DNA from: Sulfuricurvum sp.
GTDB taxonomy: Bacteria > Campylobacterota > Campylobacteria > Campylobacterales > Sulfurimonadaceae
Direction: 5' to 3'
Length of the DNA stretch: 53,423 bases
Assembly: GCA_024762585.1 (NCBI GenBank)
Contig: JANTHE010000001.1
Span: forward strand, 1-53,423
Under the pieces are notes generated by a model. That model was not told where the DNA came from, did no database searches, and saw nothing but the letters and a program-made list of their open reading frames with translations. The first letter of the stretch is position 1. The number at the start of each line of letters is the position of its first letter. Of the stretch, positions 10,139 to 23,764 are shown piece after piece. A program made the position numbers and the translations under genes.

Positions 10139-10654
10139 ATGAAAAAACTGTTAGTCATGTCATTGATCGTATCAGCATCGCTGTTTGCTTCAGGCGGAGT
10201 CGAGCACGGTGGCACTGATATTGTTCCGCGTACGATCAATTTTCTGATCTTCGCCGGAATCTTGTGGTATTTGCTGGCAAAGCCGGTCAGAGCGTTCTTT
10301 GGCGGACGATCTGGAGAGATTGCAACACGTCTCAACAGTGTTCAAGATAAGTTGCGCGAGTCCAAGTCGCTGAAAGAAGCTGCGGAGGCACGTGTTGAGG
10401 AAGCAAAGGCGTTTGCGCAAGAACTTCATGCGAGTACGGAAAAAGAGAAAGTGATTCTCAAGCAGCAGATTGAAGCACAAACTGCCAATGAGATTGAAGT
10501 GCTTGAAAAGCAGATGAAAGACAAAGAAGCGCTTGCAGAACGTCAGATGGTACGGGGTGTCGTTGAAGGCGTGCTTGCCGATGTGACTGCACAAAGTACG
10601 GAATCGCTCGATAAAGAGAAGATTGCCGATATTATCGTGAAAAAGGTAGCGTAA
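10139..10654 (+). CDS. atpF: F0F1 ATP synthase subunit b
   Basis: DIVPRTINFLIF TM segment plus coiled coil. Confidence 0.92.
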   Translation: MKKLLVMSLIVSASLFASGGVEHGGTDIVPRTINFLIFAGILWYLLAKPVRAFFGGRSGEIATRLNSVQDKLRESKSLKEAAEARVEEAKAFAQELHASTEKEKVILKQQIEAQTANEIEVLEKQMKDKEALAERQMVRGVVEGVLADVTAQSTESLDKEKIADIIVKKVA

Positions 10655-11187
10655 TGGAGGCAATGATCGCAAAACGTTATGTCAAGGCGCTTGCAGGTGT
10701 GATGGATGCTGAAGCGCTAGCCAACACGAAAATACTTTTTGACGCTTTGGCAGATGCTTATAAAGAGAAAGAGTTTTCAACTGTAATCAACGATCCGGAG
10801 ATTGACGATACTGCAAAAACTTCATTACTGCTTGCCATTGTTGAAGGGGCAAAAAGTGAAGCGGTAAACAATCTGGTCAAACTCTTGGTCGAAAAGCGCC
10901 GCTTGCACGTTATCCCTGCTATTGCAGAGATGCTTCGTCTTGAACTGGCACAGATGAATAAAACCTATGAAGGAAAGGTGTATAGCAATTCCGCTGTGGA
11001 TGCGTCAACACTTGAAGCACTTGGCAACGACCTTGGTAGGAAGATGGACGCCGCAATTACTTTGGCGTTTGTTGAGTCCGAATATAATGGAATAAAAGTG
11101 GAAGTTGAAGACCTGGGTGTCGAAGTCAGCCTCTCAAAAAGCCGTATGAATGCTCAGTTGATTGAGCACATCTTAAAAGCAATTTGA
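10654..11187 (+). CDS. atpH: F0F1 ATP synthase subunit delta
   Basis: IAKRYVKAL, LLVEKRRL; operon position. Confidence 0.93.
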   Translation: MEAMIAKRYVKALAGVMDAEALANTKILFDALADAYKEKEFSTVINDPEIDDTAKTSLLLAIVEGAKSEAVNNLVKLLVEKRRLHVIPAIAEMLRLELAQMNKTYEGKVYSNSAVDASTLEALGNDLGRKMDAAITLAFVESEYNGIKVEVEDLGVEVSLSKSRMNAQLIEHILKAI

Positions 11188-11207
11188 TCTTGGAAAGGAG
11201 ATAGATA

Positions 11208-12725
<1,518 letters not shown>

Positions 12726-12733
12726 GGACCATT

Positions 12734-15032
<2,299 letters not shown>

Positions 15033-15060
15033 TCTTTCTCAGTACTAAAAGGAATTAAAT

Positions 15061-15453
15061 ATGGATACTTTTAAACTGGAAGTGATCACGCCGAACGGTG
15101 CTATCTTTGATGGTGACGCCGTCGAAGTCACACTACCGGGTGAAGAGGGTGAGTTCGGCGTACTGCCGCATCACGCTTCCCTGACGACACTGTTAAAAGC
15201 AGGTGTTGTTGATATTGTCACGGTGGACAAAAGGACTGAGTCAATTGTCGTAAACTGGGGCGTAGTTCAGGTTACAGAAAATAAGGTCACGGTGCTGGTT
15301 GACGGAGCCGTGGCCATTCGTGGCGAAGATGAAAGCGATATTGCCAAAGTGCTGGAAGATGCGAAAAAATTGCTTGACGATGTTTCTGAATCCAATATGG
15401 CACTCGCTTCTGTTTCAGCCAAGGTTGAATCGGCTGCACACAAATTGATCTGA
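15061..15453 (+). CDS. atpC: F0F1 ATP synthase subunit epsilon
   Basis: LEVITPNG, PGEEGEFGVLPHH. Confidence 0.96.
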   Translation: MDTFKLEVITPNGAIFDGDAVEVTLPGEEGEFGVLPHHASLTTLLKAGVVDIVTVDKRTESIVVNWGVVQVTENKVTVLVDGAVAIRGEDESDIAKVLEDAKKLLDDVSESNMALASVSAKVESAAHKLI

Positions 15454-15460
15454 GTCTCGT

Positions 15461-16036
15461 ATGTTCGAATCGCTCAGCGACTACTATCTCAAGAGCAACA
15501 GCGTTACCTTAGCGGTACTGGCGCTGCTTGCACTCTATTTTATCGCGATTAACTGGACATTTTTTTATCGTTTTCTTTCCCTGAACCGATGGATAGACAA
15601 GGAGACGGATTCACTTGAATCTTTATTGATGGGAGCTTCAGGAATTGCCACTAACTCCTATTTGAACCACTTTATCAAAAGCAGTCATCGCCTCACTAGA
15701 GAAATATTCGATCTTGGACTGTATGCAGGTACGAAAGAGGCGACCAAAGGATTATCATTCTTATCGGTGGTTGCTTCTACAGCACCGTTTATCGGTCTGT
15801 TTGGCACGGTTGTTTCAATTTTGGATACTTTTAACAATATTGGAAGTGCCAGCGGTACAATGGCCGTTATCGCCGCCGGTGTATCAGATGCACTTGTGGC
15901 TACGGCAGCAGGGATATTTGTTGCCATATTCGCCTATACCTATCATCAGGTGCTCAAGCGTCGTGCATATGAATTGAGCGGATTGTTACGCATGCAGCGT
16001 GACGCACTGATGGCAAAAGAGGGTGCCAAAGCGTGA
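15461..16036 (+). CDS. tolQ: TolQ/ExbB proton channel protein
   Basis: STAPFIGLFGTV, ALVATAAG; upstream of tolB-pal. Confidence 0.85.
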   Translation: MFESLSDYYLKSNSVTLAVLALLALYFIAINWTFFYRFLSLNRWIDKETDSLESLLMGASGIATNSYLNHFIKSSHRLTREIFDLGLYAGTKEATKGLSFLSVVASTAPFIGLFGTVVSILDTFNNIGSASGTMAVIAAGVSDALVATAAGIFVAIFAYTYHQVLKRRAYELSGLLRMQRDALMAKEGAKA

Positions 16037-16431
16037 ATGTGTTCGAGTGGGATGAATCCCCTGAGTTAAATATCACACCATTGGTTGATGTGATGCTTGT
16101 GCTTCTTGCAATCTTGATGGTGATTGCACCAAACATTGTTTATGAAGAGCTTATAAATTTGCCTCAGGGTTCTGCGCAGAAACAGTTGGAGAAAAAACCG
16201 CCGGTACATATCATGATTACAAAAGAGGGCGACGTCCTTGTCAACAAAGAAAAATATGATCGTGTTGGATTTATAGACAACTTTTATCGGTATGCACAGA
16301 ATAATCTGGATAAAAAGTCTACCGTCATGATCAGCGCAGACCGTTCATTGGATTACGGTATGGTTATGGCAATTCTTGCAGCAGTCAAACAGGCTGGTTT
16401 TAGTGAAGTCTCTCTCGCTACCGACAGCTGA
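16033..16431 (+). CDS. tolR: TolR/ExbD protein
   Basis: LNITPLVDVMLVLL motif. Confidence 0.85.
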   Translation: MNVFEWDESPELNITPLVDVMLVLLAILMVIAPNIVYEELINLPQGSAQKQLEKKPPVHIMITKEGDVLVNKEKYDRVGFIDNFYRYAQNNLDKKSTVMISADRSLDYGMVMAILAAVKQAGFSEVSLATDS

Positions 16432-17176
16432 AAAAGGCCGCGATTTTTACCTTGGCGGTCTTTATGCGGTTACACTGACCGTGTTGTTCAGTCTTATTTT
16501 TATTCAGTTACTCAAGGGTCTTGACAAAATGCACTCCTATGCTTTGCAAAAACAGTCAACGGTGACAGTGTCGCTTGTCACCATGCCCCTGACAACTACA
16601 AAGCAGTCAAATACATCGAAGCCGGTACCGAAAAAAGAGCAAAAGCCTACGGCAAAGCCATTGGAAGCAAGTGCGCCGGTTGAAGATATATCCTCGCTCT
16701 TTTCTGATGTCAAAACACAAAAGATTGTGCATAAAAAACGTCCGACGCAACAGAAAAAGATTGATTCTAAACGGATTGCAGCTTTGCAAAAAAGAATAAA
16801 GACAACGCAAAAGCGTAAGATGTCGGCAACTGCGGAGCAGGTAAAGCGCCTTTCGCTGGTACGACCGTCACAGGAAGGTGGCGGTACAAAAGCATCGGGC
16901 GGTGCGGAAATCAATGCGTATTTTGCTAAAATACAGGCGACTATTTATGAAGAGTTCTTTCCTCCTGTCAATTCTCAGGGTTCGGTTTCGCTGGTCCGGA
17001 TCTGGTTGTCGGCGTCGGGAAGGATGACACGGTTTGAAGTCCTGCGGCGTTCGGGAGAACCGCTGTTTGATCATGAAGTTGATCAGCTTTCCAAGCGTCT
17101 GGCAGGAATCACTTTTGAACGCAATCCCAAAGGAAAAGAGGCCGTATTGGATGTCAGTTTGGTCTCAAAGGAGTAA
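16403..17176 (+). CDS. TolA/TonB-like energy transducer (start uncertain)
   Basis: N-terminal TM, Lys/Pro-rich linker, TonB_C-like end (RRSGEPLFD); between tolR and tolB. Confidence 0.75.
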   Translation: MKSLSLPTAEKGRDFYLGGLYAVTLTVLFSLIFIQLLKGLDKMHSYALQKQSTVTVSLVTMPLTTTKQSNTSKPVPKKEQKPTAKPLEASAPVEDISSLFSDVKTQKIVHKKRPTQQKKIDSKRIAALQKRIKTTQKRKMSATAEQVKRLSLVRPSQEGGGTKASGGAEINAYFAKIQATIYEEFFPPVNSQGSVSLVRIWLSASGRMTRFEVLRRSGEPLFDHEVDQLSKRLAGITFERNPKGKEAVLDVSLVSKE

Positions 17177-17178
17177 TA

Positions 17179-18423
17179 ATGCGCATAATCGCTGCGCTCA
17201 TCATGAGTGCCTGCCTGCTATTTGCCGCCGATGCGACGATTGAAGTTGTAAAAGAGGCAGATTCACTGCCATCGATTGCTATCGAAGATGCTTCGACGAG
17301 CTTTACGAATGTATCCGCCAAACGCTTCTATCGGCTGTTGATCAGCGACCTTAATGTCTTAACTCTGTTTAATGTTGATCAGCATTACGTTACAACACAT
17401 TTTGAAAATAGTAGTGTATTAAATCGTTCCATGGATTATACACTGCGATTCAGATTGCGCAGCGATGACAACAATGCTTTTATTGTAGATACAAAACTGC
17501 TCAGGGAAGAAGAAGTTCTTTTACAAAAAAGCTATCGTGTATCCAACAAAAAGATGAATCCGTTTGTTGCACATGCCATAGCGTATGATATCAATGATTA
17601 TTTTGGACAGGCACCAATGGAGTGGCTTAAAAGAAAGATTATCTTCTCCCGAGTCAAGGGGAAAATGCAGAGTGAGATTGTGATTGCCGATTATACACTT
17701 TCATATCAGCATGTTATTGTCAAAGGCGGTCTTAATGTATTTCCGAAATGGGCCGATCAAAGGCATACTTCATTCTACTACACTTCATTGAGCGGACAGC
17801 GACCGACGCTGTACCGGATTAATGTCAAATCGGGCAAACGTGAAGCACTGCTCAGTTCAGACGGGATGCTGGTCTGTTCGGATGTCAGTCGGAATGGAAA
17901 AAGGCTGTTGCTGACGATGGCGCCGAATGGACAACCGGACATCTACCTTTATCATACAGATACAAGGCATTATTCGCGTGTCACTACCTATAGCGGAATT
18001 GATGTCAATGGACAGTTCATGAACGACGGAAGAATCGTTTTTGTTTCGAATAGGCTTGGTTATCCCAATATTTTTGCAAAAAGGCCGGGTGAAGAAAGAA
18101 TCGAACAGTTGATATATTACGGAAGAAATAATTCTGCCTGCACTGCGCACAATGAATATATTGTCTATAAAGCTCGTGAATCGAGTAACGCTTTTGGGCC
18201 CAATACGTTCAATCTTCATCTTATTTCAACCAAGACGGATTTTATTCGTCGTTTGACTGCGACAGGGATCAATGAGTTTCCCCGGTTTTCTAATGATGGG
18301 GATGCCATTATCTATATAAAGAATTACAAGCAGCAAAGCGCGATTGGGGTGATTCGTCTTTCGCAAAACAAAAATTTTCTTTTTCCGCTTACTAGTGGAA
18401 AGATACAATCATTGGACTGGTAA
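17179..18423 (+). CDS. tolB: Tol-Pal beta-propeller protein TolB
   Basis: Signal peptide, propeller repeats (FVSNRLGYPNIF, PRFSNDG). Confidence 0.93.
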   Translation: MRIIAALIMSACLLFAADATIEVVKEADSLPSIAIEDASTSFTNVSAKRFYRLLISDLNVLTLFNVDQHYVTTHFENSSVLNRSMDYTLRFRLRSDDNNAFIVDTKLLREEEVLLQKSYRVSNKKMNPFVAHAIAYDINDYFGQAPMEWLKRKIIFSRVKGKMQSEIVIADYTLSYQHVIVKGGLNVFPKWADQRHTSFYYTSLSGQRPTLYRINVKSGKREALLSSDGMLVCSDVSRNGKRLLLTMAPNGQPDIYLYHTDTRHYSRVTTYSGIDVNGQFMNDGRIVFVSNRLGYPNIFAKRPGEERIEQLIYYGRNNSACTAHNEYIVYKARESSNAFGPNTFNLHLISTKTDFIRRLTATGINEFPRFSNDGDAIIYIKNYKQQSAIGVIRLSQNKNFLFPLTSGKIQSLDW

Positions 18424-18527
18424 TCGTTTAAAAGAGTGGTGACGCAATTAAGCTTATTTTGCTAAAATCTTACGAACTGTTATTGCGGTGCCAAAATCGG
18501 CACTATAGACTCTATAAAAGGAATGGC

Positions 18528-19076
18528 ATGAAGAAAGTCTTGATGTATAGTGGTGTTGTACTGATGTTGTTGGCGGGCTGTAGCTCAAAAACTCCTACAA
18601 TTGATGAGACACAGTCAACCGAGCCTGTAGTCGCAGAGAGCGCGGCAGATGCGGACACTGTAGTTGTCGATGAAAATGGGGATATGAGTTCTGAAGTCGA
18701 AGCAACGGAGAGCGGAGAAGTGACGATGAGTGCGCTTGAAAAGCAGTTGCAGTCGATCAATTTCGCGTTTGATAAATACGATATCAGTGATGAAGCCTCC
18801 CAAAAGCTTCAGGCAAATGCAGCCTTGGCGAATGGTAAAGCTTCGGCATTTAATATTAAGATTGAAGGCAATTGTGACGAATGGGGCAGTGACGAGTACA
18901 ATTTTGCGCTGGGACTGAAGCGCGCAAAAGCTGCAAAAGATGCGTTGGTGGCTGATGGGGTGGATGAGGGCCGAATTTCCCTTGTCAGTTATGGTGAAAG
19001 CAACCCGGTTTGTGTCGAAAAAACCAAAGAGTGCTGGGCAAAAAACCGCCGCGACGATTTTAAACTGCTTCCGTAA
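18528..19076 (+). CDS. pal: Peptidoglycan-associated lipoprotein Pal
   Basis: Lipobox LAGC; EGNCDEWGSDEYNFALGLKRA; NRR. Confidence 0.95.
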   Translation: MKKVLMYSGVVLMLLAGCSSKTPTIDETQSTEPVVAESAADADTVVVDENGDMSSEVEATESGEVTMSALEKQLQSINFAFDKYDISDEASQKLQANAALANGKASAFNIKIEGNCDEWGSDEYNFALGLKRAKAAKDALVADGVDEGRISLVSYGESNPVCVEKTKECWAKNRRDDFKLLP

Positions 19077-19085
19077 CAGGAACCG

Positions 19086-19997
19086 ATGAAACGTTTGACT
19101 TTCCTGATCGCCGCTGCATGTTCAGTGCAGGCGTTGGCATCCGAACCTTCCGCTTTCGGGGCGGGCAACTTAGACAGTGATACACCCTACGGTTTAACAC
19201 AATCTGAAAAAAAGATTGTAGAAAATCGAAAAAATCTTCAAAATACAAAAAGAAAATCCCAAGAAAACTCTGCGCAATTACAGAGTCTGCGTGAACGTTT
19301 GGACGGGCTTCAGACGATTCTTGAAGGATTGGCGGAAAAAGCGCAAACAAATAAACGCATGGTCAGCGAGCTGGAAACGGAAAAAACACTTTCTGCCGCG
19401 CGAGATGAAAAAATTTTACATATTGAAAGCGCACTGCAAACGCAAGAAACCAATCTTGCGGCACTCAAGTCATTGATGGAAACGATGGCAACTCAACTTG
19501 ATTCTATCGCTGCCGATTACGTTTCGAAAGAGGAATATAATCGTTTAGTCAATGAAGTCAATGCCTTCAAGCGGGACTTGTCTAAAACCCTGAAAAACGT
19601 TTCGACTACTCCAGCAGCAGATCCGTTTGCATCCATGAAAAGTAAAACGCTGGCAGCCAAAGCAAAGCAGAATTACGAGAAGCTCTATTTTCGTAAAGCG
19701 ATCCCAATGTACGAAGAGCTTATACGCCGAAACTACAAACCGGCTTATGCGCATTTCATGATTGCAGAGATGTGGCACTACCGTAAAGAGTGGAAGAAGG
19801 CACTCTCTTATTTTAAAGAGAGTGCCGGTCGTTATGAGAACGCCTCATATATGCCGACATTGATGTTGCACAGTGCGGAGTGTATGGCCCATCTTGGGGA
19901 CAAAGAGAATGCTGTAAAGTTTCTGCGTTCACTCATTGCCAAGTATCCGAATTCTTCAGAAGCAAGCGAAGCGCAAAGAATGCTGAATACTTTGTAG
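19086..19997 (+). CDS. Periplasmic coiled-coil/TPR protein (CpoB/YbgF-like)
   Basis: Signal peptide, coiled coil, TPR ending KYPNSSEA; follows pal. Confidence 0.8.
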   Translation: MKRLTFLIAAACSVQALASEPSAFGAGNLDSDTPYGLTQSEKKIVENRKNLQNTKRKSQENSAQLQSLRERLDGLQTILEGLAEKAQTNKRMVSELETEKTLSAARDEKILHIESALQTQETNLAALKSLMETMATQLDSIAADYVSKEEYNRLVNEVNAFKRDLSKTLKNVSTTPAADPFASMKSKTLAAKAKQNYEKLYFRKAIPMYEELIRRNYKPAYAHFMIAEMWHYRKEWKKALSYFKESAGRYENASYMPTLMLHSAECMAHLGDKENAVKFLRSLIAKYPNSSEASEAQRMLNTL

Positions 19998-20078
19998 GCA
20001 GCTGCAGCACTATTTTTTCAGCCACGCTATAGTATTTTGTAGCTAGAATCGCTAAATTTTTAATGTAAGGAAATTACT

Positions 20079-20600
20079 ATGGCAATTGAAAATAATCAAA
20101 TCGTATCGATTGAATACGAAGTACAGTCTGATGGTAAAGTCGTCGACTCAAATGTTGGCGGACAGCCACTGGTATTCATGTTTGGAAAAAGCCAGATTAT
20201 TCCAGGCCTCGAAGCAGGTATTAAAGAGATGGGTGCCGGCGATAAAGGCGATGTCCTTGTGAAAGCGACTGACGCATACGGCGAATATAATCCTGAAGCA
20301 ACCCAGGAAGTACCAAAAGAGCAGTTTGCCGGTATCGACCTCCAAGAAGGGATGACCCTCTACGGACAGGGTGAAGACGGCGGCACTGTTCAAGTTGTGG
20401 TAAAAGAGATTAAAGACGACAGCGTCGTCGTCGATTTCAACCATCCGATGGCTGGAAAAGATCTGATGTTCAGCGTAACGGTAAACAGCGTACGTGATGC
20501 ATCTGCTGAAGAGCTCGCCAGTGGTGTTCCGGCTGAAAACAAAGTAGATGACGGCGACTGCTGCGGTAGTAGCGGCGGCTCAAGCTGTGGCTGCCACTGA
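20079..20600 (+). CDS. slyD: FKBP-type PPIase SlyD
   Basis: IIPGLE, DFNHPMAGKDL, Cys-rich tail DCCGSSGGSSCGCH. Confidence 0.95.
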   Translation: MAIENNQIVSIEYEVQSDGKVVDSNVGGQPLVFMFGKSQIIPGLEAGIKEMGAGDKGDVLVKATDAYGEYNPEATQEVPKEQFAGIDLQEGMTLYGQGEDGGTVQVVVKEIKDDSVVVDFNHPMAGKDLMFSVTVNSVRDASAEELASGVPAENKVDDGDCCGSSGGSSCGCH

Positions 20601-21342
20601 GTTTCTGGCGGCTTCGCATGCTTCTACAGAAGCACTGCGGACGGCAAGCCTGCTCAAAACCCTTCAGGTCAATGCACTGATCAATGGTGTAAAAGGGACA
20701 GGAAAACGTACGCTTGCACGTGTGATTCTTCCCAACGCAGTAACGCTGGATGCGCGCGATTTTGATAATGTGCTCACTGCGCTTGAAAGCAACAATGAAG
20801 TTGTTTTGACGCACATTGACCACTGCCCCAATATTACATTGCTGCTTGAACGCATTCAGAGCGAGAAAGTCCGTTTGATAGCAACGGCGGCATCAGATTA
20901 CCTCTCTGATGTATTGCGCGATTTTTTCAGTGTCAAGATAACCCTGACGCCGCTTGAGGAACGTCCGGAGGACGTAGAGCTGCTATTGGAATATTTTAAT
21001 GAGGAAGCCAATAGGGTATTTGGCCTGGAAAACGATTCTCTTCCGCTCACCAACAAGCCGGATCTTAGAGACAATGCTTATTCACTTCGCAAGCAAATCT
21101 ATTTCGAGCGCTTGATGGGCGGTATTGGTGAAGCGGAAGTCATACAGGTTATGGAGCGCTATTTACAAAAAGAGATGGGTTCAAACAACGATTACCGAAA
21201 ATTCCTGCATCTGTATGAAGTCCCCTTGATCCGCACCGGTCTTAAAATGTTTAAATCACAATTGCAACTCTCTGAGCGACTGGGGCTTAACCGTAATACA
21301 TTACGTAAAAAGATTGCTGATAACGAACTGTATGGCCTGTGA
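20587..21342 (+). CDS. Degenerate sigma54-activator-like AAA+ domain with Fis-type HTH (start 20548 or 20587)
   Basis: GVKGTGK, TPLEERPEDV, LGLNRNTLRKKI; no GAFTGA. Confidence 0.75.
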   Translation: MAATEFLAASHASTEALRTASLLKTLQVNALINGVKGTGKRTLARVILPNAVTLDARDFDNVLTALESNNEVVLTHIDHCPNITLLLERIQSEKVRLIATAASDYLSDVLRDFFSVKITLTPLEERPEDVELLLEYFNEEANRVFGLENDSLPLTNKPDLRDNAYSLRKQIYFERLMGGIGEAEVIQVMERYLQKEMGSNNDYRKFLHLYEVPLIRTGLKMFKSQLQLSERLGLNRNTLRKKIADNELYGL

Positions 21343-21365
21343 TACCAAAGGGACAAGGAGGTGAA

Positions 21366-22304
21366 ATGAGTCATAAAATAGCAATGGTCTTTCCTGGACA
21401 GGGGAGTCAAAGCATAGGGATGGGCAGAGCATTTTACGAAGCTTCGGACTATGCTAAAGAGATGGTAGAAAAAGCCAGTACACATATTGGCATTGATTTT
21501 AAGGCATTGATGTTTGAGGAAAATGATAAACTCGATCAGACACAGTATACACAGCCGGCCATACTGCTGGTCTCGATGATAGCCTACAAACTGTTTCAGG
21601 AACATCGACCAACGGTGCCGACGCTGCTGCTTGGCCATTCGCTAGGAGAAGTAAGCGCAGTATGCGCGGCCGGAGCGGTCGATTATCTCGATGCCGTAGA
21701 GCTGGTCCATAAGCGCGGTCAGCTGATGCAGGCTGCATGCGAAGGCGTAGAGGCAGGCATGATGGTCATCGTCGGTCTGGACGACGCCAGCGTCGAATCG
21801 ATCTGTACCGATGCACGTAACAAAGAGAACAAGCAGGTGTGGCCGGCAAACTATAACCAGGATGGCCAGTTGGTTGTTGCGGGCTTGAAGCCCGATCTGC
21901 AGAGCCTTGAGACAACCTTCAAAGCAGCCGGTGCGAAAAGGGCACTGTTGCTCAATATGTCTGTCGCCAGCCACTGTCCATTGCTTAGTTCCGTGCAGGA
22001 ACCGCTGCGCGCGGAGCTTGAAAAATCGCTCCATGATCCGTTTGTCGCTCCGGTGGTCTCGAATGTGACGGCCAAACCGTACCATACGAAACAGCAGGCC
22101 ATCGAACTGCTAAGCGAACAGCTGATCTATCCGGTTCGCTACAAGCAGTCCATCGCCTCTATTGCCCCAGATGTCGATCTGGCCATCGAGTTTGGCAACG
22201 GCAAGGTCCTTGCTGGCCTCAACCGCCGTATTGCCAAAGAGATGAAGACCCTTAATGTCTTTGACATGGATTCGCTGCGCGCGACGCTTGACGCACTTGC
22301 ATGA
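21366..22304 (+). CDS. fabD: Malonyl-CoA:ACP transacylase
   Basis: FPGQGSQ, TQPAI, GHSLGE, SVASH; GGAGG SD. Confidence 0.96.
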   Translation: MSHKIAMVFPGQGSQSIGMGRAFYEASDYAKEMVEKASTHIGIDFKALMFEENDKLDQTQYTQPAILLVSMIAYKLFQEHRPTVPTLLLGHSLGEVSAVCAAGAVDYLDAVELVHKRGQLMQAACEGVEAGMMVIVGLDDASVESICTDARNKENKQVWPANYNQDGQLVVAGLKPDLQSLETTFKAAGAKRALLLNMSVASHCPLLSSVQEPLRAELEKSLHDPFVAPVVSNVTAKPYHTKQQAIELLSEQLIYPVRYKQSIASIAPDVDLAIEFGNGKVLAGLNRRIAKEMKTLNVFDMDSLRATLDALA

Positions 22305-23062
22305 CGATTACCCTTGTCCAAAATGCGCCTAGGCTGAACCGTACGAATCTGCATACCGCTGCAGCAATGGTGGAGCAGCATGCCCAAAAGAGTGACGTCA
22401 TCGTTTTCCCGGAACTGGCGCTCAACGGCTATCTTCTGCAGGATAAAGTCTATGAAGACGCATGGAGTGCCAACGAACTGACTCCCCTGGCCGCGCTCAG
22501 CAGCGCATGTGATATTGTCATCGGTGCTGCGCTCAAAGCGAATGGGCGCACATACAATACAGGACTCTATTTCAGCAGTGGTGAGCTCAGGCATATCCAC
22601 AGAAAACTGCATCTGCCCAACTATGGGATGTTCGAGGAGGCGCGCTACTTTTTTAAAGGCAACGGTGTCGAAGGGTTCGATACCGCTTACGGGCACTGCG
22701 TAATGTTGGTCTGCGAAGACCTTTGGCGTGCACAGACTATGGCTGATGTGTACGCGATAAAGCCGGAGTTTATCTATGTCATTGCCAATTCACCCGCCAG
22801 AGGGTTTGAAGAGAATGGACTGGACATCGAGGGACAGTGGGACGCACTGCTCAAGTCGCTCGCACTGCTGTGCAATGCTTATGTCGTCTTCGTCAACCGT
22901 GTCGGCTTCGAAGACGGATTGGGCTTTTGGGGCGGCAGCCGTGTGATTACGCCGCAAGGGGATGCGGAAGTGACACTGCCGCTTTTTGAGGAAGCTGTAA
23001 TGGATGTCGTGCCGGACCATCGCCTGCATGATGTTGAAAAATGGCTGGCAAAAATCGACTAG
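22301..23062 (+). CDS. Carbon-nitrogen hydrolase resembling the NAD synthetase glutaminase domain
   Basis: Intact triad FPEL / RKLHLPNYGMFEE / VCEDLW. Confidence 0.85.
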   Translation: MTITLVQNAPRLNRTNLHTAAAMVEQHAQKSDVIVFPELALNGYLLQDKVYEDAWSANELTPLAALSSACDIVIGAALKANGRTYNTGLYFSSGELRHIHRKLHLPNYGMFEEARYFFKGNGVEGFDTAYGHCVMLVCEDLWRAQTMADVYAIKPEFIYVIANSPARGFEENGLDIEGQWDALLKSLALLCNAYVVFVNRVGFEDGLGFWGGSRVITPQGDAEVTLPLFEEAVMDVVPDHRLHDVEKWLAKID

Positions 23063-23074
23063 GGATAAGAGACG

Positions 23075-23764
23075 ATGAAAATTGCAATTATGGGGGCGAT
23101 GCCCGAAGAGATCGCACCGATACTGGAAAAAGTCGGCGTATACACGACACATGAAATCGCCGGGAACAAATACTATACTTGTCGCTACGACCGGCATGAT
23201 CTTGTCATTGCCTACTCCAAGATCGGTAAAGTCTTTTCCGCACTCACGGCGGCGACGATGATTGAGACATTCGGTGCGCAGACGATGCTGTTTAGCGGTG
23301 TGGCCGGTGCGATCAGCCCCCAGCTTGCAATCGGTGACCTGATCGTAGCGACCAGGCTCTGCCAGCACGACCTGGATATCACTGCGTTCGGACACCCTTA
23401 CGGATATGTTCCCGAAGGGGCACAGTTTGTCGAGGCCGATGCGGATCTGATCCAAAAAGCAGTGGCGGTCGCCGCCGAGATGGGAGAGAAACTACATACG
23501 GGCGTCATTGCGACCGGTGATCAGTTCGTAGCCGACCCCGTCCGAAAGGCGTGGATCGCCGAAACATTCGCTGCGGATGCCCTGGAGATGGAGGGGGCTT
23601 CCGTCGCGGTGGTCTGTGAGGCGCTGGACGTGCCCTTTTTCATCCTGCGCGCCATCAGCGATGCGGCTGACATGGACGCCGGCTTTGATTTTGACAGCTT
23701 CCTTGAAAGCAGTGCGATCATCAGCGCCGATTTTGTCATGAAGATGGTGGAGCATATTGACTGA
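23075..23764 (+). CDS. mtnN: MTA/SAH nucleosidase
   Basis: MKIAIMGAM, SKIGKV, GDQF, EMEGA, RAISD. Confidence 0.95.
   Translation: MKIAIMGAMPEEIAPILEKVGVYTTHEIAGNKYYTCRYDRHDLVIAYSKIGKVFSALTAATMIETFGAQTMLFSGVAGAISPQLAIGDLIVATRLCQHDLDITAFGHPYGYVPEGAQFVEADADLIQKAVAVAAEMGEKLHTGVIATGDQFVADPVRKAWIAETFAADALEMEGASVAVVCEALDVPFFILRAISDAADMDAGFDFDSFLESSAIISADFVMKMVEHID

Noticed and set aside
18488-18503. GTGCC-N6-GGCAC palindrome before pal as operator or sigma54 site
   Set aside because: Only 5-bp arms and no correct -24/-12 spacing
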